A stretch of 64,000 bases of DNA from an uncultured delta proteobacterium (GCA_963727625.1 CAVSHR010000004.1:704001-768000); one strand, 5' to 3'. Shown: positions 1 through 10,727, counted from the stretch's first letter. Program-made: numbers and translations. The notes: generated by a model from the sequence alone, not told the origin.

Positions 1-97
1 GAACAATTGCTAGCCCAGAGAGGTGGCCGGTTTCAACCACGAGAGTATTGCGTAAGGATTGCCGTGGGGTAGCCTGATAACAGGAAGGAGACGAGCA

Positions 98-1219
98 ATG
101 GCTAAGCGCGGCTTTAAAGCGATGGACTCCGACATGCATGTGTTCGAACCGGCGAACATGTGGCAACGCTACATCGACGCCAGATACCTCGACCACGCGC
201 CTAAGGGGCTCAATCGCTCCTTCCGTGATTTAGGCATCGAGCTCGAAGGCAAGATCATGCCGATCCCGCGCCAGCCGGAAAATCCGGCCTTGGCCAAATA
301 CCGCCAGGACTTCTTCGAGGAAAAGTATGGCGACGCCGGCAAGCGAAATTTCGACGGCGTTTCCCAACTGCAAGCGATGGACAAGGAAGGGCTCGACGTG
401 GCGGTTTTGTTTCCGACGCGCGGGCTGACGGCATTGGGCATGGACGGCCTCGACCCCGACTTCGCCACCGCCATCGCCCGCGCCTACAACGATTGGCTCC
501 ACGATTTCACCCAAGCCGATCGCACGCGCATGTACGGCGTCACCATGGTTGCACCCCATGATATCAGCGGATCCATCGAGGAAATCCGCCGCACGGTCAA
601 CCAGTATGGCTTTCGCGGCATCTTTCTCAGGCCCAATCACGTCAACAACAAGAAATGGAGCGATCCTTACTACGATCCGCTATGGGCGGAATGCGAAAAG
701 TTGAATCTACCGGTAGGGTTCCACGAAGCGGGTCGAGTCTATCTGCCGCAGCCGGCGTTCTTTCATATCTGCTCGACCTTTTCGATGTTCAACACCTTCG
801 GTTTTCCGTTTGCCAACATGCTCGCCTGCGGCGACATGATTTTCGGCGGCGTGACGGAGCGTTTTCCGAAGCTGAAAGTGGCCTTCCTCGAAGGAAACTG
901 CTCCTGGGCGCCCTGGCTGCTCTGGCGCATGGGCGAATATGCCGAGACCACCGGCCGGGCGGAGTATCCTTACCTGACCTTGACTCCTTTGGAATATTTC
1001 CAACGCCAGTGCTACGGCGCCGTCGAATGCGATGAAATCACCGCGCGCCATATCCCGGAGTACGGTCTCGAAGACAACATGGTGTTCTCCACCGACTACC
1101 CGCATCTCGACGTCAAATACCCCCACGCCATCGATACGTTTCTAGAGTTGCCCTTCTCCGAGCAGACCAAGCGAAAATATCTGTGGGACAACTGCGCGCG
1201 GCTCTATAACTTTGAATGA
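98..1219 (+). CDS. Amidohydrolase family protein (amidohydro_2, ACMSD/LigJ-like)
   Basis: DSDMH metal motif, VGFHE, FSTDYPH, DNCARLY C-terminus; ATG at 98 follows AAGGAG. Confidence 0.9.
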   Translation: MAKRGFKAMDSDMHVFEPANMWQRYIDARYLDHAPKGLNRSFRDLGIELEGKIMPIPRQPENPALAKYRQDFFEEKYGDAGKRNFDGVSQLQAMDKEGLDVAVLFPTRGLTALGMDGLDPDFATAIARAYNDWLHDFTQADRTRMYGVTMVAPHDISGSIEEIRRTVNQYGFRGIFLRPNHVNNKKWSDPYYDPLWAECEKLNLPVGFHEAGRVYLPQPAFFHICSTFSMFNTFGFPFANMLACGDMIFGGVTERFPKLKVAFLEGNCSWAPWLLWRMGEYAETTGRAEYPYLTLTPLEYFQRQCYGAVECDEITARHIPEYGLEDNMVFSTDYPHLDVKYPHAIDTFLELPFSEQTKRKYLWDNCARLYNFE

Positions 1220-1245
1220 CGAAACGAAGGCGGCGTTCGCAGCGG

Positions 1246-1551
1246 TCAGCACTTTTCCGCGTGCTGGATGACCTCGTGCATTTCAAAGACGTTAGGCCCG
1301 GCGAAAATTTCAGCGCGTGGGCGATTGTTGTGAGCTTCTTTGAATTCCGCGCTATCGGTCCAGGCACGAAAAGAGGCCTCGTCCTGCCAGTGTGTGACCA
1401 CGCTGTAGTAATCGCTCTTGATCGGCCGGAGGATCTCTAGACGCACGAACCCGGGCATTGTTTCCACCAATCTTGCCCGGCCCTCAAAACGTTTCTCGAA
1501 TTCCTGCTCATGCCCCTTGGCAACTTGAATGCGGTTCGAAACGACAATCAT
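1246..1551 (-). CDS. Antibiotic biosynthesis monooxygenase / IsdG-like protein
   Basis: NRIQV...FEKRF...PGF...W.DEASFRAWTDSAEFKEAH pattern. Confidence 0.85.
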   Translation of the reverse strand: MIVVSNRIQVAKGHEQEFEKRFEGRARLVETMPGFVRLEILRPIKSDYYSVVTHWQDEASFRAWTDSAEFKEAHNNRPRAEIFAGPNVFEMHEVIQHAEKC

Positions 1552-1576
1552 GATCGGTCCCTTTCCATGGTTTAGG

Positions 1577-2344
1577 CTAAATGGCGATTTCCGCGATCAC
1601 CGGCGCGTGATCCGACGGCCTTTCCTTGGCGCGCATGTCCCGAATGATAGTACAACTCTTGCAGGCCTGGGCCAGCTCCGCCGTGAGCAGGATGTGATCG
1701 ATGCGCAGCCCTAAGTTGCGTTTGAAACCGTTCATGCGGTAATCCCACCAGCTGAAGGATTTATCCGGCTGCTCGAACAGCCGGAAGCTATCCTGCAGCC
1801 CCAACGAGACCATCTCTTTGAACGCCGTCTTTTCCGGATCGCTAAAGAGCACCTTGCCCGCCCAAGCCTTGGGATCGTGGACGTCGCGGTCCTCGGGCGC
1901 GATGTTGTAGTCGCCTAACACCGCGAGCCGCGGATAGCGGGCAATTTCTTCTTTCAAACAAGCATGGAGCCGGCGCAGCCAATCGAGCTTGTAAACGTAT
2001 TTCGCCGATTCGACGCTCTCGCCGTTGGGGATATAGACGCAGATAATTCGCACTCCGTTGACAACGGCGGAGATGATGCGCTTTTGCGGATCGTCGAAAT
2101 CAACGATTCCCTGCGTCACCTCCTGCGGCGCCTGCGGCGACAGAATCGCGACGCCGTTGTAAGTTTTCTGCCCGGAAAACACCGCCTGGTAGCCGGCCGC
2201 ATTGATTTCCGTCACAGGAAAGTTCGCGTCCTCGGACTTGGTTTCTTGCAGGCACAACGCATCGGGTTTATGCGCCGTGAGGAATTCCAACACCTGCGGC
2301 AGCCGCACCTTGAGAGAGTTAACGTTCCAGGTTGCAAGCTTCAT
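1577..2344 (-). CDS. xth: Exodeoxyribonuclease III
   Basis: ATWNVNS, CLQETK, YNGVAIL, GDYNIAP, WWDYR, RIDHIL, SDHAPV. Confidence 0.97.
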   Translation of the reverse strand: MKLATWNVNSLKVRLPQVLEFLTAHKPDALCLQETKSEDANFPVTEINAAGYQAVFSGQKTYNGVAILSPQAPQEVTQGIVDFDDPQKRIISAVVNGVRIICVYIPNGESVESAKYVYKLDWLRRLHACLKEEIARYPRLAVLGDYNIAPEDRDVHDPKAWAGKVLFSDPEKTAFKEMVSLGLQDSFRLFEQPDKSFSWWDYRMNGFKRNLGLRIDHILLTAELAQACKSCTIIRDMRAKERPSDHAPVIAEIAI

Positions 2345-2471
2345 TATTTCCTCTATGACCCGATCAACCCATCCAATTCGAGCATTGCCGGTGCTTCACA
2401 CTCACTCGTTTCTACCGAGTTTATCGGCTTCAGTCAAAAATCGCTACACGAGGCGCACCAATAAATTCGCC

Positions 2472-3707
2472 TCATCGCTCGAGAGTTTCCTTGCCGACCA
2501 GGGCGAGCAGCAAGGCAGAGAGAAGCAACAGCGGCGCGTACACGAGAAACGGTATGCCGGGATTGTAACTGTTGGCCAGGTAGCCGCCGAGCAGCGGCGC
2601 CGCGCTGCTGCCCAACTCCGCGATGGTACGGCGCAACGCCTGCAAGCGCCCGCGCGCGTGCGCCGGAACCACATCGTAAGTCGATGTAGCCAGCGAGCCA
2701 AGTGACAATCCTTGCGCCAAACCCGCGATGCCGGTGAGCACGGCGAGTTGCATGAAACTATGCGTGAACGGTATCAACAAAAAGACCAGCGCGGGAATGC
2801 CGGTGCTCGGCACTGTGCACCATTTCCGCCCCACCCGGTCCATCAAGTAGCCGGCGGGCAGAATCATCGCGAAGACGATCATGCCCGAGATGCTGAATAG
2901 CATGCCCACCTGCGTCGGCGATAGGTGCAGATAATACGCCGCGTAAAGCGGCAGCATGCTCTGCACGATGACTCGCTGCGACTGATTGACCAGCGTGGCA
3001 AAAGCGATCGCGCAATAGGTCGGCCGCAGCGCCGGTTGAATTTCGTGATAGAGCCCCTTGAGCGCGCGCAGCCGATTCTTGATCTCCGCCGGTCCCCAGC
3101 CTCGGGGCGCATCCGGCGCATTCACCGGCTGCGGCGACAACGGCGCGTCGGGGACGAGGAAGCCGAGCGGCACTGACAGCGCGGTCGCAAACGCGTAACC
3201 CGCGAACGCCGCCTTGAAACTAAAAAGATCGGTAAGCCAGCCGCCGACGAGCGGGGAGAAAGCCGCGCCAATAGTGTAAACGCCGTGGAGCCCGCTGATC
3301 ACCCGGCCCCGCTGGTTTCTGTGCGCCAAATCGATGCCGGCTATTTCGCGAGCCGTCGCCCATAAACTATCGGCGGCGCCCATGATCAGCGACAAAAATA
3401 AAATCATGGAAAGCCACGGCGCCCATACCACGCAGAGCGCTGCCCCGCTGGCCGCCAGCGGCCCGATGACCAAGGCCACCCGGGTGCCCATCCGATCCAA
3501 AAGCACGCCGGCGATCACCGTGCCGACGAATTTGCCAATGGTGAAGGCGGTGATGATCTGCGCCGCGCCGCCCGCCGAGACGTCGAACTGGCGCGCCAGC
3601 ACCGCAATCGTCGGGATGATCATCGCCCATGCGCCGGAGAAAAACGTGCCGGCGTAAAGCGCAGTCAAACCGCGCACCGTGGGGTTCGTTACCATCGCCT
3701 TTAACAT
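2472..3707 (-). CDS. MFS transporter
   Basis: About 12 hydrophobic segments; motif A-like GVLLDRMGTR and GYLMDRVGRK. Confidence 0.9.
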   Translation of the reverse strand: MLKAMVTNPTVRGLTALYAGTFFSGAWAMIIPTIAVLARQFDVSAGGAAQIITAFTIGKFVGTVIAGVLLDRMGTRVALVIGPLAASGAALCVVWAPWLSMILFLSLIMGAADSLWATAREIAGIDLAHRNQRGRVISGLHGVYTIGAAFSPLVGGWLTDLFSFKAAFAGYAFATALSVPLGFLVPDAPLSPQPVNAPDAPRGWGPAEIKNRLRALKGLYHEIQPALRPTYCAIAFATLVNQSQRVIVQSMLPLYAAYYLHLSPTQVGMLFSISGMIVFAMILPAGYLMDRVGRKWCTVPSTGIPALVFLLIPFTHSFMQLAVLTGIAGLAQGLSLGSLATSTYDVVPAHARGRLQALRRTIAELGSSAAPLLGGYLANSYNPGIPFLVYAPLLLLSALLLALVGKETLER

Positions 3708-3735
3708 GAAAAGAGAAATTGCCGTCGCGCCGTGA

Positions 3736-4758
3736 TCATCTCGCGGCCGCGCGGTAGCGGGTTGCCAAACCCCGAAGGAACCTTTCCGTAAGCTCGGGCG
3801 TGGCCTCCGCAGAGAGCGCTTCCAAATCTTTGATGAGCGTTGTCAAATTTGGCGCCAGCTCGGCGAGTGCGGCGATGCGGTCAAAGTAACGGTAATAAGC
3901 CAGGTCATGGCTTAATTTCGCCTCGAGCACCGTGGGTTCATGTTGTCCTCGGGTCTGACGCTCGAATCGGCGCCGGTACGCCGGATAATTGTCCATTTGC
4001 TCAAGCACCTTTAACTTCGCTTCATCGACAGGCCATTGCGCGAACAACCGCTCTGCTTCGCCGGCCAACGCGATCAACTCGCGGGAAACCGTGCGCTCGT
4101 TTTTCAAAGATGTGGCGGCGTGATTCGCGTTGGCGTCGTCGCCGCGGCTGCGAAAAAATTCGAGCGCCGCCAACGAACCCAGCGGCGTGACGATCGCCTC
4201 TTCCTGTTCCCAAGGCAGGGCGAAGTTCGCGTCACCATGAAGATCCTCGTGCAGAATCACGACGACCCGGCGCACGATGGGTTCGGCGGCAAAACCGACG
4301 GTGGCAACCGCGCGGGAGTCGGAAAACTCGTTGCCCTGGCGATAGTAAACGCTGTAGCCGTCAACGCGATACACTTGCTCGATTTTTAGCCGCTCTTTTT
4401 CGGCGCTGAAACCAATGGCCATGCGAATGTCGATGGGGCGGCGCAGTGCCAGGGTACCGGCGCGCTGCATCCATAGCCACAACATCGAGAGTGCCGGTCC
4501 ATCGCGCGCCGTCCGGCTGAGCGCCGGCGTCGGCTCGATGCCAATAGATTTGCCGAAGGCTTTGACCTCTTCGATCAGGCGCGCGGTTTGTTCGAGTTTG
4601 ACCGCCCCTTCTTCAGTGCGCCGCGGGATCGTGGCGCAAGATGTCAAGGACAAACCAGCGCAGAGCGCCAAGACGATGCCCGCGCGAGCCTCGAAACCAA
4701 ATCCACGCCGCCGCTTTGCGCCGGCGAATCGTAATTTTACCTGAAACAGACAGGTCAC
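3736..4758 (-). CDS. Putative lipoprotein zinc metallopeptidase (aminopeptidase-like)
   Basis: Lipobox-like LSLTSC; HEDLH (HExxH) followed by EEA; start uncertain. Confidence 0.55.
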   Translation of the reverse strand: MTCLFQVKLRFAGAKRRRGFGFEARAGIVLALCAGLSLTSCATIPRRTEEGAVKLEQTARLIEEVKAFGKSIGIEPTPALSRTARDGPALSMLWLWMQRAGTLALRRPIDIRMAIGFSAEKERLKIEQVYRVDGYSVYYRQGNEFSDSRAVATVGFAAEPIVRRVVVILHEDLHGDANFALPWEQEEAIVTPLGSLAALEFFRSRGDDANANHAATSLKNERTVSRELIALAGEAERLFAQWPVDEAKLKVLEQMDNYPAYRRRFERQTRGQHEPTVLEAKLSHDLAYYRYFDRIAALAELAPNLTTLIKDLEALSAEATPELTERFLRGLATRYRAAAR

Positions 4759-5636
4759 ATCGCAAACAAGCTCGCTACCGGCACCCGGCGCGGGATTTGC
4801 CCCACTTCGAGCAGCAACTCCATTTCGGCCTCGGCGAGCCTTTGCTCATTCTCGGTGAAGGTGAATTCGATTCTGGGATAACGGGCCGAAGCGAGCAGCG
4901 CCTCTTTGTCGCCGCCGTAGCGCGCGATGAAAGTGTCGGCGATCTCGTTGAGGTGCGCTTCGCTGTAAGCGAACGACGCGCGGAAGGCCTGCAGCAACCT
5001 GTCTTTGATACCGGGATGTTGCTCCAAGAGATCCTCGCGCGCCGCAACCATATGTTTGATCAACTCGTCGAAGCCGTTAAGCTTCTGCCAAGCCTCGCCG
5101 TCCGTGTAAAGACAGCGCACGCCATCGGCCGTTTCGCCGCGGAAAAAGAAATGATCGAGCAACACCACCGCGTCCGCCTTGCCGGCCATGAGCGCGTCGA
5201 GCAATTTTTCCTGCGGATAAGACTCCCAGCGCAATTTCCTGTCGTCGACACCGTAGACCCGCCGGAGCAAATACTGGTGGATCGCATGCAAGCCCTGATG
5301 CGTCGCGATGAGCCGTCCTTCGAGGTCTTTCGGCGTCCCAATCGGGCCATCCGCGCACACGAATATGCCGTTGCCCTTCCTCGTCGACTTCCACTCCGTC
5401 GCTAAGCCGATGATCGGTGCGCCTTGCAGCTTGCGCCGGAAAAAGTTCGGCAGATACAGATTCGCCGCCTGCACGTCGCCGCGAATCAACGCCTCCTCCT
5501 GCTCCTTGCTCGGCGGATCCGGCAACTCGATGACATTCACGGCAATACCGTCCGCCCTCACCTTACCCACGGCCAAAGCGTAATAGGTGCGAAACATGCA
5601 GAAGCGGTTGCGATAATGGGCAAAGGTAATATTCAT
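4755..5636 (-). CDS. Type 2 periplasmic-binding-fold protein (NitT/TauT or MqnA/MqnD-like), no clear signal peptide
   Basis: PKDLEGRLIA, LMAGKADAVVL motifs; start moved to ATG 5636 because the longer ORF begins inside a repeat. Confidence 0.7.
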   Translation of the reverse strand: MNITFAHYRNRFCMFRTYYALAVGKVRADGIAVNVIELPDPPSKEQEEALIRGDVQAANLYLPNFFRRKLQGAPIIGLATEWKSTRKGNGIFVCADGPIGTPKDLEGRLIATHQGLHAIHQYLLRRVYGVDDRKLRWESYPQEKLLDALMAGKADAVVLLDHFFFRGETADGVRCLYTDGEAWQKLNGFDELIKHMVAAREDLLEQHPGIKDRLLQAFRASFAYSEAHLNEIADTFIARYGGDKEALLASARYPRIEFTFTENEQRLAEAEMELLLEVGQIPRRVPVASLFAM

Positions 5637-5659
5637 CAACTTCCCCGTGGGAATCTGCG

Positions 5660-5735
5660 GTTCAAAGTTCAAGGTTCAACGTAGGGAAACCGCCCCGTGA
5701 CTCAAACCTTGAACTTTGAACATTGAACCTTGAAC
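5660..5735. repeat. Intergenic palindrome family A (7-mer GTTCAAN units / TTGAAC units)
   Basis: GTTCAAAGTTCAAGGTTCAAC ... CCTTGAACTTTGAACATTGAACCTTGAAC. Confidence 0.85.
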
Positions 5736-5741
5736 GGCAAT

Positions 5742-6980
5742 TTACGATTTCGCCACTTCTTGCTTTTTCCGATTGCAGATATCCAACGCCGCCATGGCGT
5801 AGACCTTGGCGCAATTCACCATATTGCTAATCCCCACGCCGCGGCGCACGCCGGTGGGCGAATCCCACTCTGCACCCGCCTTGGTTTCCGTCGGGTCGAC
5901 CAAGTGCGTGCCAAATCCCGGGCCGTAGGTGATGACCGGGACGCCGTATTGAGCGACCCGCGAGCCGTCGCTGGTAATTCCGTAGCGGATCGGTTTGGCG
6001 TAAGGCACGGGCTGACCGAATACCGTCCGATGCGCTCGCTCCATGGTTTTGACCACATGTTCGCTCTTGGCAATTTCATAGCCGGGCGTGGTGAGATAGA
6101 GCTCGACGCGAATGTCGAGAATATCGCTCTCGCGCTTTCTCACCTTTTCACATACTTGTTCGATATCCCTTTTGATCGCCAGTGGCACCGCGCCGGGCAG
6201 CATCTTGACGATGACAAAAATATCCGTCGTCGGCCGGGTCCCGGGTTTAAACGGATTGCCGCCTTCGATGGCGCCGATCTGTACGGTCGGCAGCATAAAT
6301 TTGTGCGGGTTTTTACGCTGATATTCTTTTTCCCAGTCTTGAATCGCTTGCGCCACTTTGCAGGCCGCGAGGACAAACTTGGTCGCCTTGCCGTCGACGC
6401 TCACACGCGCCCAAAGCAGGCCGGCGTTGCCGATCTGCAACTGCAATCCGGTCGGCTCGCCGATGATACAGATATCGGCCATCACCCCATGGTCCATCAG
6501 ATAGCGCGCGCCGACACCGGCGCCGCGGTAAGTCTTGCCTTGAAATCTGCCAATCTGCGCCTTTTCGATCTCGCCGACGACACCGGCGATGATCACGTCC
6601 CCCTTGAGCGTGAGACCGGACTTTTGGATGGCCGATAAAGCTTCGATGTAACAGGGAAACGCCGCCTTCATATTGACCAGACCGCGACCGTAAATGCGTT
6701 CCTCCTCCACCAGCGTTTCTTGCGGATTGTCGAAGTGGTCCATGTGCGCATTGAACATCAGCGTGGCGCCATCACCGGTCCCTTTAAGCGTCCCGACCAC
6801 GTTGGGTCGGCCGTCTTCGACGTACTGATACTCGACCTGCATGCCGAGCCTTTCGAACTCGCTGCCGAGATACCTCGCGACCTCTTCCTCTTCGCCCGTG
6901 ATGCTGACGATGTTGGCCAGATTACAGGCCATTTCGACGATGCGGTCCCGATCCACCTGTCCCAATACTTCCTCTTCCAT
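5742..6980 (-). CDS. M20/M25/M40 metallo-hydrolase (ArgE/DapE-like)
   Basis: FNAHMD, IYGRGLVNMKA, VGE, IIGEPT; ATG 6980 after GAGGAG. Confidence 0.88.
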   Translation of the reverse strand: MEEEVLGQVDRDRIVEMACNLANIVSITGEEEEVARYLGSEFERLGMQVEYQYVEDGRPNVVGTLKGTGDGATLMFNAHMDHFDNPQETLVEEERIYGRGLVNMKAAFPCYIEALSAIQKSGLTLKGDVIIAGVVGEIEKAQIGRFQGKTYRGAGVGARYLMDHGVMADICIIGEPTGLQLQIGNAGLLWARVSVDGKATKFVLAACKVAQAIQDWEKEYQRKNPHKFMLPTVQIGAIEGGNPFKPGTRPTTDIFVIVKMLPGAVPLAIKRDIEQVCEKVRKRESDILDIRVELYLTTPGYEIAKSEHVVKTMERAHRTVFGQPVPYAKPIRYGITSDGSRVAQYGVPVITYGPGFGTHLVDPTETKAGAEWDSPTGVRRGVGISNMVNCAKVYAMAALDICNRKKQEVAKS

Positions 6981-7097
6981 TTCTATCTCCTCTCGCCCGG
7001 TTGCGTAAAACGGATCTAAGTTTTTTAGCACACCGCAACGAAGACTAAAAACAATCCATGTTGACGAAGGCGTGCGATTTGCCTAGATTGCAGTCTC

Positions 7098-7676
7098 ATG
7101 ACTTTGGGATTTGACATCGACGGCGTGCTCGCCGACTTCATCACACCTTTTTTACGCCTTCTGGAAACCCGGACCGGCAGCGATCCCATCGATCCGGCAT
7201 CGGTCACCGACCCCAACTTCGTGCGCCATCCGTTTCTGACCCGGGAAATTATCATGGAGTGCATGGAAGCGGCCTCCTACGACCCTGAATTCTGGCGCGC
7301 CTTGGCGCCGCTGCCTTCTGCGAAACAGTGGCGCGCGTTGGATAACCTCAGCCGCGATCACCAAGTGGTGTTCATTACTCACCGTTGGGTGCGCGACACC
7401 TACGACATCCACCGGGTGACCTGCGATTGGCTGAGCAGCCACGGTGTCAGCGAACCTGTGGTTCATTTTACCCAGGACAAAAAATCGTTGTTGGTCAATG
7501 AACTCAACATCGATGTTTTCGTCGACGACCGCCACGAAAACTGTCAGGACGTCGCCACGGCCACCGATGCTGCCGTGTTCATGCCGCACCGGCCATACAA
7601 CCAAGCGTTCAATCACCCGAAGGTCCGGCGCATTCGCGAACTCGAAGAGCTCTTCGACTACGTATCGACGAAATAG
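7098..7676 (+). CDS. HAD-superfamily 5'(3')-deoxyribonucleotidase-like (NT5C) protein
   Basis: FDIDGVLADF, FITHR, FVDD, PYN. Confidence 0.8.
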   Translation: MTLGFDIDGVLADFITPFLRLLETRTGSDPIDPASVTDPNFVRHPFLTREIIMECMEAASYDPEFWRALAPLPSAKQWRALDNLSRDHQVVFITHRWVRDTYDIHRVTCDWLSSHGVSEPVVHFTQDKKSLLVNELNIDVFVDDRHENCQDVATATDAAVFMPHRPYNQAFNHPKVRRIRELEELFDYVSTK

Positions 7677-7695
7677 CAAACCTCGGAGGCAGGCC

Positions 7696-8445
7696 ATGGC
7701 GGCAATCGAAAAAAAGATCGCGCTCGTAACCGGCGGAGGCGGCGGTATCGGCGGCGCCATCGCCGAGCGCTTTGCGCAAGAAGGCGCCAAGCTGGCCATC
7801 GCCGATATCGATAGTGATGCAGCCAAAGCGCGAGTTGCTCAACTCGCCGACAAGGGAACGGACGCCATTGCCGTCAGCGCCGACGTTACCAACAAAAAAT
7901 CCGTGGACGATATGGTCAAAACGACTGTCGACCGCTGGGGCCGCATCGATATTCTCGTCAACGTCGCCGGTGGCGCGGATAGAAAGCCGGTGGTCGAGAT
8001 GACCGCAGCCGACTGGGATCACATCGTCGACATGAACTTGAAATCGGTCTTCCTCTGTTCGCAGGCTGTGCTATCGACCATGCTCAAGCAAAAGTACGGC
8101 AAAATCGTCAACATCTCATCGATCTACGGCTTCACCGGCAACGCCACGCGCTCCAGCTACGCCGCCGCCAAGGCCGGCGTCGCGGTCTTCACCAAGTCGC
8201 TCGCTCTCGAAGTGGTCAAGGATGGCATCAACGTCAACGCCGTGGCGCCCGGTCGTATCGAAACCGAAAGAGTGCGCAGCCACTACAGCGACCAAGCCTG
8301 GGCCGCTGCCGTGGCGCAAATCCCCATGGGCCGCACCGGCACGCCTGAAGAGGTCGCCGGCGCCGTGCTGTTTCTGGCGACGGACGAGAACCAATACATC
8401 ACCGGCCAAACCATCCACGTCAACGGCGCCTGGCTCAATTGGTAG
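7696..8445 (+). CDS. SDR oxidoreductase (FabG-like)
   Basis: TGGGGGIG, NVAG, YAAAK, VAPG; ATG 7696 after GGAGG. Confidence 0.92.
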   Translation: MAAIEKKIALVTGGGGGIGGAIAERFAQEGAKLAIADIDSDAAKARVAQLADKGTDAIAVSADVTNKKSVDDMVKTTVDRWGRIDILVNVAGGADRKPVVEMTAADWDHIVDMNLKSVFLCSQAVLSTMLKQKYGKIVNISSIYGFTGNATRSSYAAAKAGVAVFTKSLALEVVKDGINVNAVAPGRIETERVRSHYSDQAWAAAVAQIPMGRTGTPEEVAGAVLFLATDENQYITGQTIHVNGAWLNW

Positions 8446-8462
8446 GAAACAACCATTTAAAA

Positions 8463-8560
8463 GTTCAAGGTCCAAGGTTCAAAGAACCCGGAAACGATTT
8501 GAACGACTGGAACGAATCTTCTGACTTTACTTTGAACCCTTGAACGTTTGAACCTTGAAC
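8463..8560. repeat. Intergenic palindrome family A
   Basis: GTTCAAGGTCCAAGGTTCAAAG ... TTTGAACCCTTGAACGTTTGAACCTTGAAC. Confidence 0.85.
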
Positions 8561-8584
8561 CACCGATGAAGGAGGTCTTAGGAG

Positions 8585-9310
8585 ATGTACGGTTGGCGCG
8601 CAAAAATCGGTCACGTCGCCCCATCGCGCGGCGACACATTGGTTTACGAGTTTTATCAGATGCTGCCGACGGGGTTCATGATTTTGAACAGCACCGGCAC
8701 GATCCGGCAACTGGTCGATGCCGACTTCGAGCGCCAGTTGCAGCGCATCGAAGAAGCCGCGGCCGATCTGGTCGATAATAAATGCGATTCGATCATCATC
8801 GGCGGCTCGCCGCTGTTCACCAAGCTCGGCCACGGCAGCGACATCGAGATGGGCAAGAAGCTCACGGCCAAATTCGGCGTCCCGGTAGCGCCCGGCATAA
8901 CCGGCGAGATCGAAGCGCTGAAATCGCTCAATATCAAAAAACTTGTGGTCGCCACGCCGCACGAAGACACGCTCAACGAACGGATGAAAGCCTTTCTCGA
9001 AGCCTCCGGCTTCAACGTGTTGAAAATTCGGGGGTACGGCGTGCGCAAAAACGCCGACCTCACCGCCATGGACGAGCATTCGGCATACAAGATCGCCAAA
9101 CGGCTTTACGAGCAGGCGCCCGAAGCCGACGGCGTCTTCGTCCCCTGCCCGCGCTGGCCGACGATTACCGATGTTGACTTGCTCGAACGCGAGATCGGCA
9201 AACCGGTGGTGACGAGCTGCCAGGCGTATATCTGGCACGCATTGAAGATGGCCAAGGTAAAGCAAGAAGTAGCCGGTTTTGGTCGATTGATGGCGTCGTT
9301 GGCCAATTAA
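8585..9310 (+). CDS. Asp/Glu racemase / maleate cis-trans isomerase family protein
   Basis: GWRAKIG..APS, VATPH, ADGVFVPC, LEREIGKPVVTS. Confidence 0.85.
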   Translation: MYGWRAKIGHVAPSRGDTLVYEFYQMLPTGFMILNSTGTIRQLVDADFERQLQRIEEAAADLVDNKCDSIIIGGSPLFTKLGHGSDIEMGKKLTAKFGVPVAPGITGEIEALKSLNIKKLVVATPHEDTLNERMKAFLEASGFNVLKIRGYGVRKNADLTAMDEHSAYKIAKRLYEQAPEADGVFVPCPRWPTITDVDLLEREIGKPVVTSCQAYIWHALKMAKVKQEVAGFGRLMASLAN

Positions 9311-9374
9311 GCACTCTGCCTGCTATCCGACCAAGGCTTCCAAACACTAATTCGATCAAACCGCATCAGCAAAT

Positions 9375-9421
9375 AAAAAACGGCGAGCAGACCGGTTGAA
9401 AAAACCCATCTGCTCGCCGTT
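9375..9421 (-). terminator. Rho-independent terminator after the DUF4197 gene
   Basis: 13-bp stem AACGGCGAGCAGA/TCTGCTCGCCGTT followed by a T-run on the minus strand. Confidence 0.75.
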
Positions 9422-9448
9422 GCAAATCTCGGCTAATCTCGGGAACTA

Positions 9449-10171
9449 CTACTTCCTGCCGAAAACCTCTTTCAAAAGGTCGGTTACCCGTGCGGCGGGA
9501 TTGGTTCTGATCTTTTTCTCCTCCTGCGCCACCACGTAGAAGATGCCGTCCGTGGATTTTTCGGTCACATATTGATTCACATCAAATGTGATGCTTTTAG
9601 AAAACGGCACGTCTTTGTACTTGCCGATGAGATCGTTGTATTGCCGATTAACGCCGACTTGATTCATCACGTCGGTGACCGACGGCAGGAACGCGGCCTG
9701 CAGTTTTTTCGTCGTCTTCGACTTGAAGTAATCCGTCGCCGCCGTGTCGCTGCCGTTGAGAATTTTACGAGCGTCGTCGAAGGTCATCTCGCCGATGGCG
9801 GTCCAAAAGATATCCTTGGCAAATGGCACCGCCTTTTCCGCTGCCCGGTTCATGCCAACGACGAACTCGTCAATCTGCGGCCCGTAGCCGACCATGCGGA
9901 GCGGCTTTTCGATGTTTTGTAACGGCCTCGGCATAAGGATTTTGATCGCCTGGTTTTTCAGGAAACCATCGACCGCGCTGGTCTGCCCGACGGCGTTTTC
10001 AGTGCCGACTTTCAACGCCTCCTGTAAGCCGGAGCCGATCTTGGCGTCGCTAAGGCCGCTGCCGCCCGAGCTTGGCAGGCCGCCGAACCCTTTCAAAAAC
10101 TTGTCCAACTGCGCCCGCGCCGGTACAACCGTCAACAGCAAAAACAGCGCGGTTGCCAAGAGTCGAATCAT
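9449..10171 (-). CDS. DUF4197 domain secreted protein
   Basis: [41 protein letters not shown]; signal peptide. Confidence 0.92.
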   Translation of the reverse strand: MIRLLATALFLLLTVVPARAQLDKFLKGFGGLPSSGGSGLSDAKIGSGLQEALKVGTENAVGQTSAVDGFLKNQAIKILMPRPLQNIEKPLRMVGYGPQIDEFVVGMNRAAEKAVPFAKDIFWTAIGEMTFDDARKILNGSDTAATDYFKSKTTKKLQAAFLPSVTDVMNQVGVNRQYNDLIGKYKDVPFSKSITFDVNQYVTEKSTDGIFYVVAQEEKKIRTNPAARVTDLLKEVFGRK

Positions 10172-10246
10172 CGAGTTACCTCCAGAGAAAAGACTAAACA
10201 GCCGGCCTGAGACTGATTCGCGCGAAGGACACGGCCGTTAAGTGAA

Positions 10247-10657
10247 TTACAATAATTCTTTCGACCGAACCGGGGGAGGCCCGTGCTCGCCGCCCAGCCT
10301 GAAATCGTTCAGTGCCGCTGCGAAAGTCGCGTCGAGGATCAGGTCCATGATCTCTTGCTGGGCCTCGCGCGGCGACAGCCGAAAGGCCGTGCGCAGGGGT
10401 TGGATCGCCGCGCGCCATTGGCTTTGGCTGAGGTGAGAGCGTCCGAGATAAAAATAGGCCTGACCGAACTCCGGATTTTCGTGGGTGGCATCTTCAAAAT
10501 AGGGAACCGCGGCGGCAAAGCGCCCCTGATTGAACAGGGCCAACCCCTGATCGAAACTATCATAGGCCGGGTTGAACCTTCCTAAACTCACGCAAGAACT
10601 GGCAGAAAAAACCAGCGCAAGGGCCAAGAATAACATGGCAGATTTATCCTTCATCAT
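10247..10657 (-). CDS. TPR-containing lipoprotein
   Basis: Lipobox-like ASSC; TPR-like helices (GLALFNQGRFAAA..F, AYFYLGRS). Confidence 0.7.
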   Translation of the reverse strand: MMKDKSAMLFLALALVFSASSCVSLGRFNPAYDSFDQGLALFNQGRFAAAVPYFEDATHENPEFGQAYFYLGRSHLSQSQWRAAIQPLRTAFRLSPREAQQEIMDLILDATFAAALNDFRLGGEHGPPPVRSKELL

Positions 10658-10692
10658 TCTTAGACCCTCCTTCGTCGAGGATTAGACGAACG

Positions 10693-10723
10693 AAAGCCCC
10701 GAATCTTAGCAGACCGGGGCTTT
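10693..10723. terminator. Hairpin immediately downstream of grxD
   Basis: AAAGCCCCG...CGGGGCTTT inverted repeat. Confidence 0.5.
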
Positions 10724-10727
10724 GTTT

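Noticed and set aside
5730-6638. Long antisense ORFs (also 39119..40126, 42661..43767, 43814..44770, 50834..52195)
   Set aside because: They lie opposite well-supported genes, lack motifs, and are expected shadows in GC-rich DNA.
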